Below the pieces are notes generated by a model. It saw nothing but the letters and a program-made list of their open reading frames with translations, was not told where the DNA came from and ran no database searches. This document shows, piece after piece, positions 25,201 to 40,200 of a DNA stretch of 64,000 nucleotides. The position numbers and the translations under genes were made by a program. How positions within the stretch are numbered: the first letter of the stretch is position 1; each line of letters opens with the position of its first letter. Location of the stretch: the NCBI GenBank assembly GCA_034780895.1, contig JAUZTB010000033.1:8213513-8277512 (forward strand), given 5' to 3'. Origin of the DNA: Rhynchobatus australiae. Lineage: Eukaryota.

Positions 25201-28200
25201 CCTGCAAGTTAAACGTGCATTCATTAAAATCTGTTGTGTTTGGAATTTGAACACTCAACCCATGGATTACAAATTTAATACTATTAGCACCATCCTGCCG
25301 TGTTCTAAATAGAGAATACCTTAAAGTATGTGGTTATTTCCATTCCCTCTGTAACAATAACATGCTATCCAAATGCCATTGAGGATAGCAGGCATATTTG
25401 TCTTGTACCTGGATTACAAAACAAAGATGAAGCTGATGTCATTGACTTTTCTTTACACCTTCTTCCCTTCCCCCCCCCCCCCCCAACCAAAAAAAAGATC
25501 CTGGGAATGGCTTGGTATTCTCCACTGTTAGTTTGAACAGAAAAACTTATAAAGCAATTTAAAAAGTTGCTGCTTTGTTGAAATCTTGTCAGCATAGAGT
25601 TTACACTTTCAAATTTTCTACAAACAACTTAAATGTGAATTTTTATATTTGTAGCATTTAGATCATCACAACCATTGAGATTTTAAATGAATTAAGTAAA
25701 ATCTTCATAGTGTTCATCGGATGGAAGGTTTTTTAGGTTTTTTCAGATGTATGTTGCTTAGTGGAGAGCAATGGCTGTTGGGGGAGGAAAAATCAAAAAT
25801 GATAATGGAATTATTTAAATCCTGAATGCTGCAGTTGTAAAAACCAATGGCCTATTCTTTTAATGGTCTGTCCTTGGAGATGGTGTGAAGGATATTTGAC
25901 CAGATCAATAAATGAGTTATGTGGAACTAGAAAGTAGATTTGTTCACATTTGAGCAGATAAAGTTTTGGGATTTAGTAGAACTCTGCATGTTAAGAGAGA
26001 ATTGAAAGTGTGTCTAATGCAGGATCTTGCACAACCTTGTCCCAAGAGGAAATTGCTGTGGGGGTTGGTGGTGATGTGCTGAGACACATCACTGATGACT
26101 CGTGAAAGGTATACTTGTTCAAACCCTTAATTGCTAAGATATAGTACAATTACTCAAACATGTGTAGCAAGCTACTCATCAAAACAAGGTGATTGGTCTC
26201 AGACTTGTACTCTGTTTTCTCAGAATCCCAGATTTTTTTTGGGGGGGGAGGGGGGACAGTTCTCTTTTGAGTGTTTGTCCAAGGTTCTCATGCTGCTCTG
26301 GGGTTNNNNNNNNNNNNNNNNNNNNNNNNNNNNNNNNNNNNNNNNNNNNNNNNNNNNNNNNNNNNNNNNNNNNNNNNNNNNNNNNNNNNNNNNNNNNNNN
26401 NNNNNCAGTTCTCGTGTGAGTGTTGGTCCAAGGTTCTCATGCTGCTCTGGGGTTCAGTAAGCAGTTAAATCCTGTTTCCTAGATCCATCTCCCTCCTGCT
26501 CCTTCTCTCCAATGAGGTGATACCACATGGATATTCCATTCGAAATCTGACTCATGGAATCACCTCCATTTTCCACAATTGTATAGCATTGTAGTTATCG
26601 GTACAGAGGAGTGTGAAATTGATTGCTCTTGACAGTTGATACAGGGACCTTATTCCCCACCTGGGTCTTGTGAGCAAGTATCACCACTTAGATACTTTGC
26701 CATCCTAACCTAGGTCTTTATCTTGTATTTCCATAATAATCAGCTCTTCTGCCTGCTATTAAGGCCCAATACACCTTTGGAGGTGAACCCATGTCTCTTA
26801 CCTCACCGCAACCAGGTGGCCACTATCCTGCCTCTAGTATAATTTGCCTCTCGAGGTCTTGAGTCTTGGTAAAGCAAGCTAACTTCTCAATTTATGGCTT
26901 CTGCTTACTGAAGCAAAGAAAACAGTACATTGGGTAATCATCCCAGTCTGGCTTCAGCCTGCATTTATGTTTATTTCAGAATCTTAATTGCCACTGATAG
27001 CTTCTCAAAGCCATTCCTAATTCAGAATGCTGTGATTTATCAATACTGGAGCTTCATTCCTTCAATTAAGTAATTACCAAACTCCTTATTTTCTTAGTAT
27101 TCTCAGAACTTCACAGACCATTAACCATCTTTATGTGTGGCAATCTTCTGGTGTCTGTTCAGGCAGTATATATGGAGGGGGAAACCAAGGGATTGTTTTA
27201 GGTTGACAACATTTCATCAGAACTGGTTTCAATGGTGGTTTTCAAAGGGAAACTATTTATTTCAAGAAGAAAACAGTGCAGTGCTATTGGGTAACTGGAT
27301 AACTTCCAAAGAACCAGCACCATCAGGATGATCTCCTTCTGCTCTAAAGTTCTAAGAGTTTAAAATGGGCATTGGAGATAGCAGTTAATGGGAATTTAAT
27401 AGCTGAATGGCATTTGGAATTAATAACCTTGAACTGTTACCTGGCTTACTCAATAAGATAGTTTCAGCTGACTGAGTAGACTCTAGAGTCAAAACTTACC
27501 TCATCATAGAAGACTAGCCCTGGAATCAATTAAATTTAAATGCTCTTAATTTTTTTTAGATAGCATTCTTTATAAATTTCCAATCTATTTGGGGTCTGCA
27601 TATCTAAATAGTTGTCTCCTGATGTGCCCACACCTGTATTTAGTTAGATTTGTAAGTTTAACATATTATTTTTGAGTGTGGAGAGATAATCAGGATTTAA
27701 TTTGTGTTGACTCATTACAATGGCATTTTTGTCATATCTTATAGAGGAAGTGTTGATGTGCATACACTTGCATGATGCAAGTTCATGAGTAAGAGTTTGA
27801 TGACAACAATATTCTCCATGGGACTTTTATTGAACGAAAGCCACAGATGGTATAAGATGATACGGTTGTTGCTAGGCTTTTTCAGTGAAATGGCCAAGAC
27901 AAATTTTCATTATAGATAAATCACCAGTTACTCATTCATGGGATGCAAGTGTAGTTGTAAGGCCAGCATTTTATTGTTCATCTTTACTTTGAGAAGGTGA
28001 TGTTAAGCTGTTGTATTTAGCCATGATACTGGTCTGAGATAGTGAAGTGAGTAGCTCAGTGACATAGATCTGACGTCAAGCAGGCCTGACGGGTGAATAC
28101 AGNNNNNNNNNNNNNNNNNNNNNNNNNNNNNNNNNNNNNNNNNNNNNNNNNNNNNNNNNNNNNNNNNNNNNNNNNNNNNNNNNNNNNNNNNNNNNNNNNN

Positions 28201-31200
28201 NNGACGGGTGAATACAGCAGATTTCCTTCAGACAGATATTTGTGAATCAGGTGCATTTTTGTAATAATGCAGATTTCACTACTGATTCCAACTTGTTTTA
28301 TTCCAGATGTATTTAATAAACTGAATTTGGATTTCCCATCTTTATGCTGGTATTTGAAATGTCTCCAGATCACTAGTCTTGGACATTGGATTACTAGTCA
28401 AGTCAGAAATTGTGCAGCTATTGATTTTTTTTCTTAAGAGTTATTTTGAGCTGCAAAACACAAAGGTTAAGGTGGCTTCATTACAGATCTGTTATTAATA
28501 GTTCCAGATTAAATTGCATCTATGCCTTGCCAGTTTATGAAGAAAACTAATTCTGATTTTGATTTATACCCTATTAAATTACTGGACAATCAATTGAGAT
28601 GAGAGTAAACTTCTGACAAGTGCAGAATCATTGGTGAATTTCAATTGGCCAAATAGTAACAGGAATATCGTACGGAGGGCCAGAATTTCTATATTGCTTT
28701 CAAGAGAACCTTAGCCATTATACATGGAATAATACAGCACAGAACAGGCCCTTCAGCCCACAATGTTGTGCTGACATAGCAAAGCCAATAAAAGGAGAAC
28801 ATTCTGTCTATAGTTTGGGGAAATAAAGCTGAGGTGGAAGGAGAGATTGTAGTGATCATAATTCAGTTGGGCTTAGACTAGTTAGGGAAAAGATAAAATA
28901 AGAATAAAGGTTCTAAGTTGGGCTAAGGACCAATGTACAAAATTAAAATGATTTAGCAAAAATACACTGGAAACAGCAACTTGAAGATAAATCAGTTACA
29001 GAGCATGGAAGGCAGTGAAGGGGATTTGAGGGGCTCGGGAAAGCCTGTTACACACAGGTGGGATTGTCAGATCCAGAATTGCCTGAATGATAAGGTACAG
29101 AGGCGATAAGTTGAGGTGTAAAGGGAAAGCTTGTGTGAGACAGAGTTATATATAACAAATCTGAGAAGAGCAGTTGTCAGGCTTAGGAAATCAATGTGGG
29201 TTTGTGAAAAAATATTGGCAAGTAGGAAAAAAAATCCAAGATGCTTAAGAGAATAACAAAGTAATGAGTAAGTCTATTCAGGGCCAAAAACAGTGGGGTT
29301 GTTGATAAGTTTTCATGATGAATGTTCTGCAGCCCTCTTAATAAAGGGGGAAATATTGCTGATACTGGAGTTGGGAGGACAGTGTTTTAAACAAAAATAT
29401 TGGATGAGATCAACTTAAGGAAAAATATTAATAGGTGTAGGATCTTTAAAGGTGGATACATCCGTTCTAGATGAACCATGGCTGTCAAAAGTAAGAGTAG
29501 GGGAGATGGATTGTGGATGCTCTGACTCAATCTTCCCTTTCCACTAGAAGATTGGAGGGCTGCTGTTGTGTCATGGTTTAAAGAGGGAGGAGGGGATAAA
29601 TCAAGTGGTCAGGCCAGTTAGTTGCACTTCAGGAAATTATTGGAATCATTTGAGGAACAGTATAATCATCTTGAAAAGCAAGATAAGTCAAGGACAGTCG
29701 GAGTTGTATAAAATAATTAGTGCCTTAGATGGAGTAAATAGGAAGAACCTATTTTCCTTAGCAGAGTTGTCAAAAAGCTGGGGTGTAGATTGAAAATAAT
29801 TGGTAAAAGGAGGAGATGGGAGATGAAGGAAAATATTTCTGCCTGGAGGATGGTAGGAGTCTGGAACTTGCTGTCAGAAAAGGATAATTGACACAGAAGC
29901 CTTCATCACATTTTCTAAAAGAAAGTACCTTGATATGTATTAGAAAAGCTGAGTCCTGCAGGATTACAGACCTAATGCTTGAAAGGAAGATTTTGCAGGG
30001 TAACTCTTTCTCAAAAGGTGTCCACGTGGTCAGCTGAAGGATCCTTCTCTTACTGGTTTTGTGGTTTCTGGAGAGATTTCTGCATAAGTGTAAGAAGTTG
30101 CACATTATTGCACTCTTGACTCACCAGTTAATTCTATCATTCTCATAATTTTTTTAAACAAAAATTAATTCAAAGACTCAGCATTCCTAGGAGTGGCGTT
30201 TCCAGATCAAACATATCTTCAGTAGATGGAATATTTCATAATTCTAGTTACTTAAATGCATCTGGTTCATGTGGAATGTGCATTGACTACAAATATCAGT
30301 GAATTAAACAATGACATAGTGATGTTTTTATTATTTGAAATCTCAGCAACAACTTTAACTTGAAGAAAATCGCAATCCAAGAATTCCTTTCGGTTTAATT
30401 GCTTTGAGTTAGGAGTGTCTAGCTTGATCTTATCAAATGACTGTTCAGTGACAGCTTACTTCCCCCCCCCCCCCACTGTTACTATTATGAGAAATGGTTA
30501 AATTTAGTTCAGATGTAGATTTTGTGGTGTCAAAGGGGCTGTTTGTACCAACTTGGAACATTTGACCATTATGCCTTGGCAAGATTTTTTTTCAGTTACC
30601 TGGCAACATGGATTCTAACAGATGGTGTGATTTGCATCAGTCAGCTGGTACCTTTCACATCTCATTTGGCATAGAAGGTGGCTGCGACCTTTTTAATTTT
30701 AGTTTTTTAAATAGTGATCANNNNNNNNNNNNNNNNNNNNNNNNNNNNNNNNNNNNNNNNNNNNNNNNNNNNNNNNNNNNNNNNNNNNNNNNNNNNNNNN
30801 NNNNNNNNNNNNNATTTTAAATATATAAACAAGATCAAACTGGGATTTTGTTTGGGGCATGAGGAAAGAACTTTAGCCCAGAGACTAAATCTTTCAGTAT
30901 TATTCATAGAGGGATACACCACAGATTTGACAAGCAAATGCAGAGTAAGAGGTGACACTATATTTATCAAGTTGTTGAAAGCAATTTTTATTTTTTCATT
31001 TTATTTTTCTAGTAGATTATGCCTTGTATTGCTTAAGCCTCTTGCAGGCAACTCCATTGATGTGTCCAAGCTCTCAGTGAGAAACACTATCCTTTCCCCA
31101 CCACCGAAATTTAGTGGATTTTCATACAAACAATTTTTAAAGTTGCAGTAGTCGCTTGTTATAGTGGCAACGCTGCATGCTCTTGGTGTTAATATAACTA

Positions 31201-34200
31201 TTTCATGCATTGTTGTAAATGAGGATATGATTTACTTCCTTGGTCTGTTAAGCAAATTTTCTGCTTTTGAAAGAAACAAGCTGAATTGATGGCCTGATAC
31301 CTTTTCTTTTGCTAAATACAAACATTCAAAATGTAGTTGTGAGGTTTATAGTTTGAATTTCTTCCACATTCCTATAGCACTGAAGTAATTGAATGAGCTG
31401 TATCAATTTCTCGGGGTATAACATCATTGGTCCGAATGCCATAGTATCAATAGCATGTTTATGGGACAAGAGAATCCAGCAGATCATTGGAATTGGTTTG
31501 CATGCCTTGTAGAAAAATTAATTTATGTAGTGTTGATATTCTCTTTCTCTATTGTAATAATATGATTAAGGCAGCTAAGGTAGCAAAGTCTTCAACAGCT
31601 GTATTGTAGGAGTTGATTTGTATTTAATTGAGCATATTATTGCTCAAAAATTTTGCTGACTTTCCATAATGCTGTTAAGTTACAGATATGACTGGTTCTT
31701 GCAAGTGATGTCAATGCTGTTGGTGGTTTGAGTATGTGTTCAAGATTGTGTGTAGAGTTTTTTTGTATCTTTGGCCACCAGTTTCTCATTTACATCAATG
31801 ACATGGATTTTGAAATCGACTTAAAGTAGCCAAATTTGTGGATGACATCAACGTTGGGAACCATGAAGATAGAGATGGATCTGATCATTTACATGGAACT
31901 TTCAGTTGCTGATTCATCATAGCCTACACAGTGGTAGCTAAATGACCAATGCTCTTGTATCCTAGTATAGTTTTCTCATTGTCTGGGTTGTCATGATGAA
32001 CAGAAAATATATATTATATTTACATCACTTAGTAAAAGTCAAATTGTCTAGTCTGATTTCTGATATTAATCATTTAATTTATTATCTTAAATTAACTGCT
32101 CAAAATAATTACTGTCCTGGTGCTTTGTACCACATGTTGCTTCCCATTCNNNNNNNNNNNNNNNNNNNNNNNNNNNNNNNNNNNNNNNNNNNNNNNNNNN
32201 NNNNNNNNNNNNNNNNNNNNNNNNNNNNNNNNNNNNNNNNNNNNNNNNNGGTGCTTTGTACCACATGTTGCTTCCCATTCCACCACCTCATCTCCTATAG
32301 CCTTTTCTATTTCCTTTCCCTTATCTGCTTTCCTTATGGAAAATATTAAAATTATTTTGCCTCATTCATTTCCAGTGGCCGCAATTATGTAGGGCTTTGT
32401 TGAAACAACTGGAGTATTGTGTACAATTTTGGTCTCCTTATCCAAAAAAAGGACATTCTTGCCTTGGAGGAAGTGCGGTAAAGATTCACCTGACTATTTC
32501 CTGGGGAAATTTGGCTCATATAAACAGATATACAGTCTATTCCTATGTTATACTTTTTTGTGTTTCTCATTGAAATATAAAGTACAGCATAGGAGCAGGC
32601 CCTTTGGCCCACCATAATTGCACTGACCATGATGCCAAATTAAACTAATTCCATCTGCCTGTTCATGGATCATGTTCTTCTCTTCCCTGTCTGTTCATGT
32701 GTCTGTTTAAATGTTGCTGTCATATCTGCTTCTAACACCTACCCTGGCAGTGTGTTCCAAGCACCTACCACTGTTTACTTAAAAGAAAAACTTGCCTCGT
32801 AAATTTCCCCCTCTCGCCCTTCAATCTCTGCCCTCTAGTGTTTGATATTTCCATCCTGAGAGGCACCCTCTGGCTGTCTATCCTATCTTTGTCTTTCATA
32901 ACCTTGTATGCTTCCATCAGGTTGTCCCCTCAGTCTCCAACACTCCCAAAGAAATCCAACTTTGTCTGACCTCTCCTTTACAGCTCATGAGAAATTAGAA
33001 GTTGGTCCTCTTCTAAAGAACAGAGTCTAGAAGAATGAGAGGAAACCTCATTGAAATGTACTGAATTCTGAGAGGGCTTAATGTTAGATGCAGAAAGGGT
33101 ATTTCCTCTTGGAAGTCCAGAACTAAGGGTTAAAGTCTCAAGCTAAGTAGTAGGTCATTTAGGATTGAAATGCTCAAATCTCTTCTGTGGTAATTTGGTC
33201 ATTAAGTTCATTCAAAACTAGTACAGATTTCTGTACATCAGAGGAATCAAGGGATGTGGAGATAAGGCAATAAGAAAAATGGTGTTGAGGTAGAAGATCA
33301 GGCATGATACTAAATGGTGGTTTGAGGGCCAAATTTCCTTATGTTCTTATGAAGCAGATAAAGATGGTTGGATCTCAGATACAGCAATGAGGTACTCCAA
33401 CATTTTCCTGGGAGTGAGATTGTTGGAATCTAATATCCACAATGATCTATCATTAGGTCAAGTATGCCACCAGCCACTGGAGAGTTTTCCCCATGATTTC
33501 CATTGGCCAGTTTTACTATGGCTTCTTTATACCACACAGCCTTGATGTTGAGGATGGTCTTGTGGGTTTTCCCTCTGGTACATATTTGGATCTTGGCTCC
33601 GTTGAGTTTTGGAGCTGAGGAGGTTCAGGCAAAATCCAAATCTAGATATCAGTGAGCAGGTTATTTGTGAGTAAGAGCTGCTTGTTTGTTCTGTAATTTG
33701 ATCAGTGCTGACATTTATAGTGCAAAGATTATCCCTAAATACAGAAATAGTTCAGAGTCAACTACGTTGTTGGATGTGGAGTTGGATATTGAGCAATATG
33801 GGGGGAGAAATGGCAGATTTCCTTCTCCAAAGGATGTCAGTGGACCAGAAGGGTTTTCACAGCAGCTTAATGGTTTTGTGATTTGTTGCTATAGTTAGTA
33901 AGTTTGCAGATGGCACCTAAAATAGGTGCTATAGTGGGCAGTGAAGAGGGTTATCAAAAATTACAGGGGATTTTGATCAGCTGAGTAAGTGGGCTGAGGA
34001 ATAGCAAATGGAGTTTAATTTAGATAAGTGAGGTGTTGCATTTTGGAAAGTCAAATCAAAGTAGGATTTTCACAGTGAATGGGTAGGGCCCTGGGGAGTG
34101 TTATAAACATGCTGGTCTTCATTCAGGACANNNNNNNNNNACATGAAGTATAAAAGTTGAGAGGCCATGATGTGGTTGCACAGGACGCTGGTGAGGCCGC

Positions 34201-37200
34201 ACTTGGTGTTCCGTTTTGGTTGCCCTGCTATAGGAAAGATGTTATTAGACCGAAAGGAGTGCAGAAAAGATTTAAAAGGATGTTGCCAGGACGTGAAGGA
34301 CTGAGTTATAGGGAGGTTGCACAGACGAGGGCTTTATTCTTTTGAGCACAGAAGACTGAGAGCTGACCTTAGAGGTGTGTATAATCATGGGGGGCATAGA
34401 TGAGGTGAATGCATACAGTCTTTATCCCAGGGTTGGGGAATCGAGCTAGAACGCATAGGCTTAATGTGAATGGGGAAAAAGTTAATAGAAACTTGAAGGG
34501 CAACTTCTTTACACAAAGTGTGATGTATATGTGGAATGAGGTGCTAGAGGAAGTGGTTGAGGCAGGTACAATAACAACATTTTTTTAAAAATAGCAGTTG
34601 GATAGGTACACGGATAGGAAGGATTTAGAAGGTTATGGGCCAAATGCTGGCAAATGGGACTAGCTTGGATGGGCATCTCAGTTGGTGTGCACCAGTTGGG
34701 CCTGTTTTGACTCTTAACTCTTTCAAGCTTGTCTCTCAATTAGTGGTCTAGAGCTCTAGCTGCTTGTCCACTATTGCAATCTCTATGCTACCATCTCCCA
34801 TCACTTTGGGAGTGATATGGAATGTGAATAGTTCCTAATCATGGATTTTTTATAACAACGAAGGATGTCATTTGGCCCATTTTTTCCGCACTGGTTCTTT
34901 GTATAGCATTCCAGTCAGACCCATTTCTTGCTCTCATCCCATAGTCTTTCAAAAATGTTGTCCTTTATATATTTATCCAATTCCCTTTTGAAAACCACAA
35001 TTGAATCCACTTTCAAACTGTGCATTTCAGGGCATAATTGCTTGTTGAAGTATCATCCTTCACATCATCCTGCATCTTTTGCCAATCTCTTCAAATCTGT
35101 ATCCTCTACTCATTGCCTGCAATGGGCAGTTTTTCTCAGCTTATCCAACCTAAACCCATATTTTATACACCACCTATCAAGTCTCTTTTCGACCTTCTCG
35201 AGCAGAACAACATATGATTCTCGTGTGTGTGTGTGTATGTATAATGCAAATCCCTCATCCATGGAACTATTCCAGTGAACTGTCTTTGCGCACATTTGTA
35301 CTTTTTTAATTCTTTAGACAGTGTTCACAGTAANNNNNNNNNNNNNNNNNNNNNNNNNNNNNNNNNNNNNNNNNNNNNNNNNNNNNNNNNNNNNNNNNNN
35401 NNNNNNNNNNNNNNNNNNNNNNNNNNNNNNNNNNNNNNNNNNNNNNNNNNNNNNNNNNNNNNNNNNNNNNNNNNNNNNNNNNNNNNNNNNNNNNNNNNNN
35501 NNNNNNNNNNNNNNNNNNNNNNNNNNNNNNNNNNNNNNNNNNNNNNNNNNNNNNNNNNNNNNNNNNNNNNNNNNNNNNNNNNNNNNNNNNNNNNNNNNNN
35601 NNNNNNNNNNNNNNNNNNNNNNNNNNNNNNNNNNNNNNNNNNNNNNNNNNNNNNNNNNNNNNNNNNNNNNNNNNNNNNNNNNNNNNNNNNNNNNCTTTGC
35701 TGGTTGATAACTGGGACTTCTTGGAGGACTTTGTTTCTAAACTTCTTCGGGTATGTTACCAACGCAAAGATATTATGTTAGTTGTACAGCCAATTCTCAG
35801 CAACATTCACTGTTGTATGTACATTTAAATTTGTTCATATTGCATTTCAAGTTAGGATAATTGAGATTATTCTGTTTGTTAGGTAGAGTTTAAGATGTCA
35901 TACTTGCAAGGTGTCCCTCTCTGCCTATGTGCAGTTAGCAACCTCTTTTTCTGAGATGTTGATGGTCAGGCAGACAGGATTAAGTAAATGTTGGTTTTGT
36001 CAAACTTCAAAGGAACAATAATTTGGAGGTAAGCTACAGTGTGTCGTAACTGACGATGTGGTTAGAAAAGCTTGTTTTTGAATTTTCAAATTCAAGCTTT
36101 TCATCAACTGTCTTCACACACAAAATGGTCGCAGCATAATAGGAGGCTATCAGGTCCATAATATTCTTGCTTGCTCTCTACCAGAGTAGTGCTCTATTCA
36201 ATCCACCAGCCCTTTGTCCATAAGCTTGAAAAATTTACTCCACTATATTTATCAATTCCACACTTGAACTGCCTCTACTACATCTTCAGGTAATTCATTA
36301 CAGATTCTAACCATGTAGTGAAAAAAAAATTTCTATTGCTATTAATTATCTTCCAGTTTGGTTTGCACCTGTGACCTCTAATTCTTGACCCTTCCACCAA
36401 AGTGAACAATCTGCCACTATCAACTCTGTCAAGACCCCTCATTTATCAAATTGTTAATGGAATTCCCCAATTCTATTCGAGTTTGCTTACTGCATTAAAA
36501 GTAAAGCATATCCTTTTTTTTACACCTTACTTTTTAAATACAGCAACTAGTTACAACTCTCCCATTAAAAGGAAATTGAAGAATATGTATGATTATCAGC
36601 GAAAGCTTGTATTTGTATAGTCCTTCAACGTGGCATAATTCCCCAAAGAACTGGGAGCATTATCAAATAAAAGTTGACACTGAGGATATGCTGGGGCGGT
36701 TGACGAAGTGCTTGGTTAGAGATAGATTTAAGAAGCATCTTAGAGGAGAGAGTGGTTGTGGTAGGGAGAAAATTCCAGTTCAGGCCTTCGCAGCTTAGCA
36801 GAGTGATAGATGAACTGTGCCCAATAGGAGATGGACCACAGGCAGAGAACCTCTCTTTTAGAAAGAGTGGGAAAATTGAACTGTTGGGTACAAAGCCGCC
36901 ATAATCATTTCAATGGCAGGTTGAGTTGAGCAGTACTCCTTCAATAAAAGTAGGCAGTCTCACTAGAAGTACTGAGGTTGCCCAAAACTCAAATCTGTAT
37001 TGGCTGTAAGATCAGGGGTCCAGACAGTCCTAGGTGAAGCAACAATTCACTTGTTCCACTTTAGTGTATTGTATTAGGTACTCCCAATGTGGTGGTGTCT
37101 ATATTGGAGAAACCACAAGCAGAGTGGGTGACTACTTTACAGAACACCTCCATTCAGTCAGCATGAGTAACACTCATTTCCCAGTTGCCAATCACTTAAA

Positions 37201-40200
37201 TTCTCCATCCCAGTCCCACTCCGAACTCTTCAAGCTTTAGGAAAGAACACCTCATCTTCCATCTGGGCATGTTGTCATCTTCCTGACTTGATACTGATTT
37301 AGCAGTGTTATATAACAATTCTTTTTCCCCTCTCACTCCACAAGTGTGCTATGTCTTTCTATTTGAATGTTTCCTTTTTTTTCCACTTTTGTCTCCAACT
37401 GCTGTTTTTTAAGGTAATTGTTACCTTGACAATTTTGCTCTGTACTCTTTCACAGATTTTGTTTTCTTCAGCCTCTTGCTCACTGCAATTTAAATCATGA
37501 TGGTTTTCTCTTTTTCCTACTTCTGATGAAGAGTCCTTGACCTGAAATGTTGACTCTGTTTCTCTCTCTGCTGATGCTGTTTGACCTGCTGAGAGTTTCC
37601 AGCATTTGCTGGTTTTGCTTTGGATTTCCAGCGTTGGCCATTTTGCCCATCTTTGGGAGGTGGTAGGAAACTGGTGCACCCAGGGGAAATGTACACAGTC
37701 ACAGGGAGAAAGTACAGGCAGCACCCAAAGTTAGGACTGATCCCGGTCACTGAAGTTGAGACGCAGCTGCTCTACTTGCCGCAACACTGTGCCCCCCCCA
37801 CCCCCCACCTAAATAGGGAATATACTGCTAGCCACAATGTAAGAAGGAACAAGANNNNNNNNNNNNNNNNNNNNNNNNNNNNNNNNNNNNNNNNNNNNNN
37901 NNNNNNNNNNNNNNNNNNNNNNNNNNNNNNNNNNNNNNNNNNNNNNNNNNNNNNTCCTTTGTCACACCCTTGCCAGTCCAAAGACGTGAATGGATATCTC
38001 AGAATGCAGTGTTGCCACTCTTCATCTGGGAGGCATTTTCTCAGATGTGCTGCGTTGTGGGGAGCTGCAGTGGCCATTGCCAGCTCTTGCATCAGCTCCT
38101 ACAAGTAATCTCTTGTCCTTTACTCCACTTCCATGGTCCAGCGCTTTAACCCTCAACTCTGTTGAACTCCTCCTGCACCATCTTTCTGACACAACCCCAC
38201 CCCCATCATCTGTACTTGTTTTCTATTTCTGGTGAAAGGAATAGTTGTGTTAGACAGTTGTACTGTTTAACAGAATAATAACTAATTCTAAACTCTACCA
38301 TTGTGACATAAATGAATTATTGTAAACAAATAATATAATTATGGTAACATGAGATTTTCCTATGAAATCAAAGCGCAGTGCAGAAATTGCCTTATTGTAT
38401 CTGATGTTCACCACCACTTTAAATAAGGTGGTGTCTGTTTTAATATGAATAAATTGATCTTTCTGCTAAATGACTTGTACTATTTTGTGCAAAACTTAAG
38501 CAAATCTTATTAATGCATATTTCCTGTTTCATGGCCAGCTTATTTTGAGACATCTTTAATTTCTGCACTCTGAACCACACGGTGTGGTGTTTGCAAGGTG
38601 GAAAGTGAAAGCAAAATATTTGAAAATGTGTGGAATAGGAAAAATAGCATGCTTCTCCATGTGGTGAGAAACTAGTAAGTCTTGGTGTTCAGGTGATCTT
38701 AGTGTGAAGGTTAACAAAATAGAAAGTAAATATGAAGGTTATAGAAAACAATGAGAAGAATGAATTGTATGTTTATTGGAAAGGGGTTGGATTAAACTGT
38801 TGAGATGACATCTGGAATACTGTGATCAGTTTAGATCTCCTTAAAAAAATATATTTGCCTTTTGAGATATTCACTAGATTAGTTTCGAGAGTTTGTCCAC
38901 TGTGGAGAAATATATGTATATAAAATTGGTCTACACTCCTTAGAGTTTAGAGTAATACAAAATGATTTCATCGAGACCTGCACAATTCTCAGAGGGATTG
39001 TCATAGTAAATACCAAGAGGCAGTTTCCTTTGGCTGGAGATTCTAGGACTAGTGTCCTAATCTCAGGATAAGGTATTGGCTAATTAGAATTGAGTTGAGA
39101 AATTTCTTCGCGCACAATTCAGAGGGCAGGGTTGTTGAATATATTCTAGGCTGATAACAATTATTTTTACATGAAATGAAGGTTATGCTGATCTTGCACC
39201 TCATTCAATCTTGAATGTTGGAACAGATCCTTTTATGTTATAGGTGTCGATTTGTAGTATTGTGTTTCAAGTTTGTTTTCTACCATAAATGAGGAAAATG
39301 AGTTCTAGCTGAAACTGTAGTGAACAGATTGAATATTGTTCCATGCATTGTAACTCCTTTCCTCCCCTCCAATATTGCACTGTGAGAGCTGGAAAAACAA
39401 TTCATCAGTGCAACCCTAGTATATGTTAAGTGACATGTCCTCTTTCTGTTCTTGATATTTCATCTCTCCTCTGGGAGAACAGCTGTTCCACAGAAGTCAG
39501 CTCATTGCCAGCTGCATATTTCTGGCTTAAGCTTGAGTCCAGCTTCTCCTGGTCACCTTCCACATTTAATTCAATTTACTCTAAGACCCAGATAGTTGAG
39601 ACCAACTGGTAATTTATCAGTCCTGAATCATGGTATTAGGTAAACCACCTCCCCTTTGGGGGGGAAAACTAATATTCCATCTGTTATTTTCATGAAATGC
39701 ACCAAGCAAGTAATTTTGAAGTGGCACAAGTACTAACCTGCTGTTCAGTAGGAATTTTCTCATCAGAAAATCCGGCCAGAAGAATTAAAAGCCAATCTTA
39801 AATATACAGCCATTTAATGTGCTCTGGTCCATGTTCTGAAGCTTGCATTGCCTCCGATTATAAATATGAGAAGTTTAACAACATTTAATCAACTCGCTGT
39901 TGTGTTGTTGATCTTTGTACTTTCAGCCTCGGTGCCAAATTAAGCTTTTGTGTTCCTGAACCAAACCCATTCTGGCAAATTTCCATCACTATCTGGGATC
40001 TAATCTTCTTGTTGGTACTTTGCACCATGGTGGGGGGAATGCAGTGATTTTTGTAATAGCCACCATAAGCCATTATTGACATACTTGAAGTTTCCTTGAT
40101 AAGTTCCTGAAACCTACTGTATTGTCGTGCTTGATTGGTAAGATAAGATTTTGAACTTTTGCAGTTAAGTATATTCTAATTTGGAACCTTGAATTGAAAG

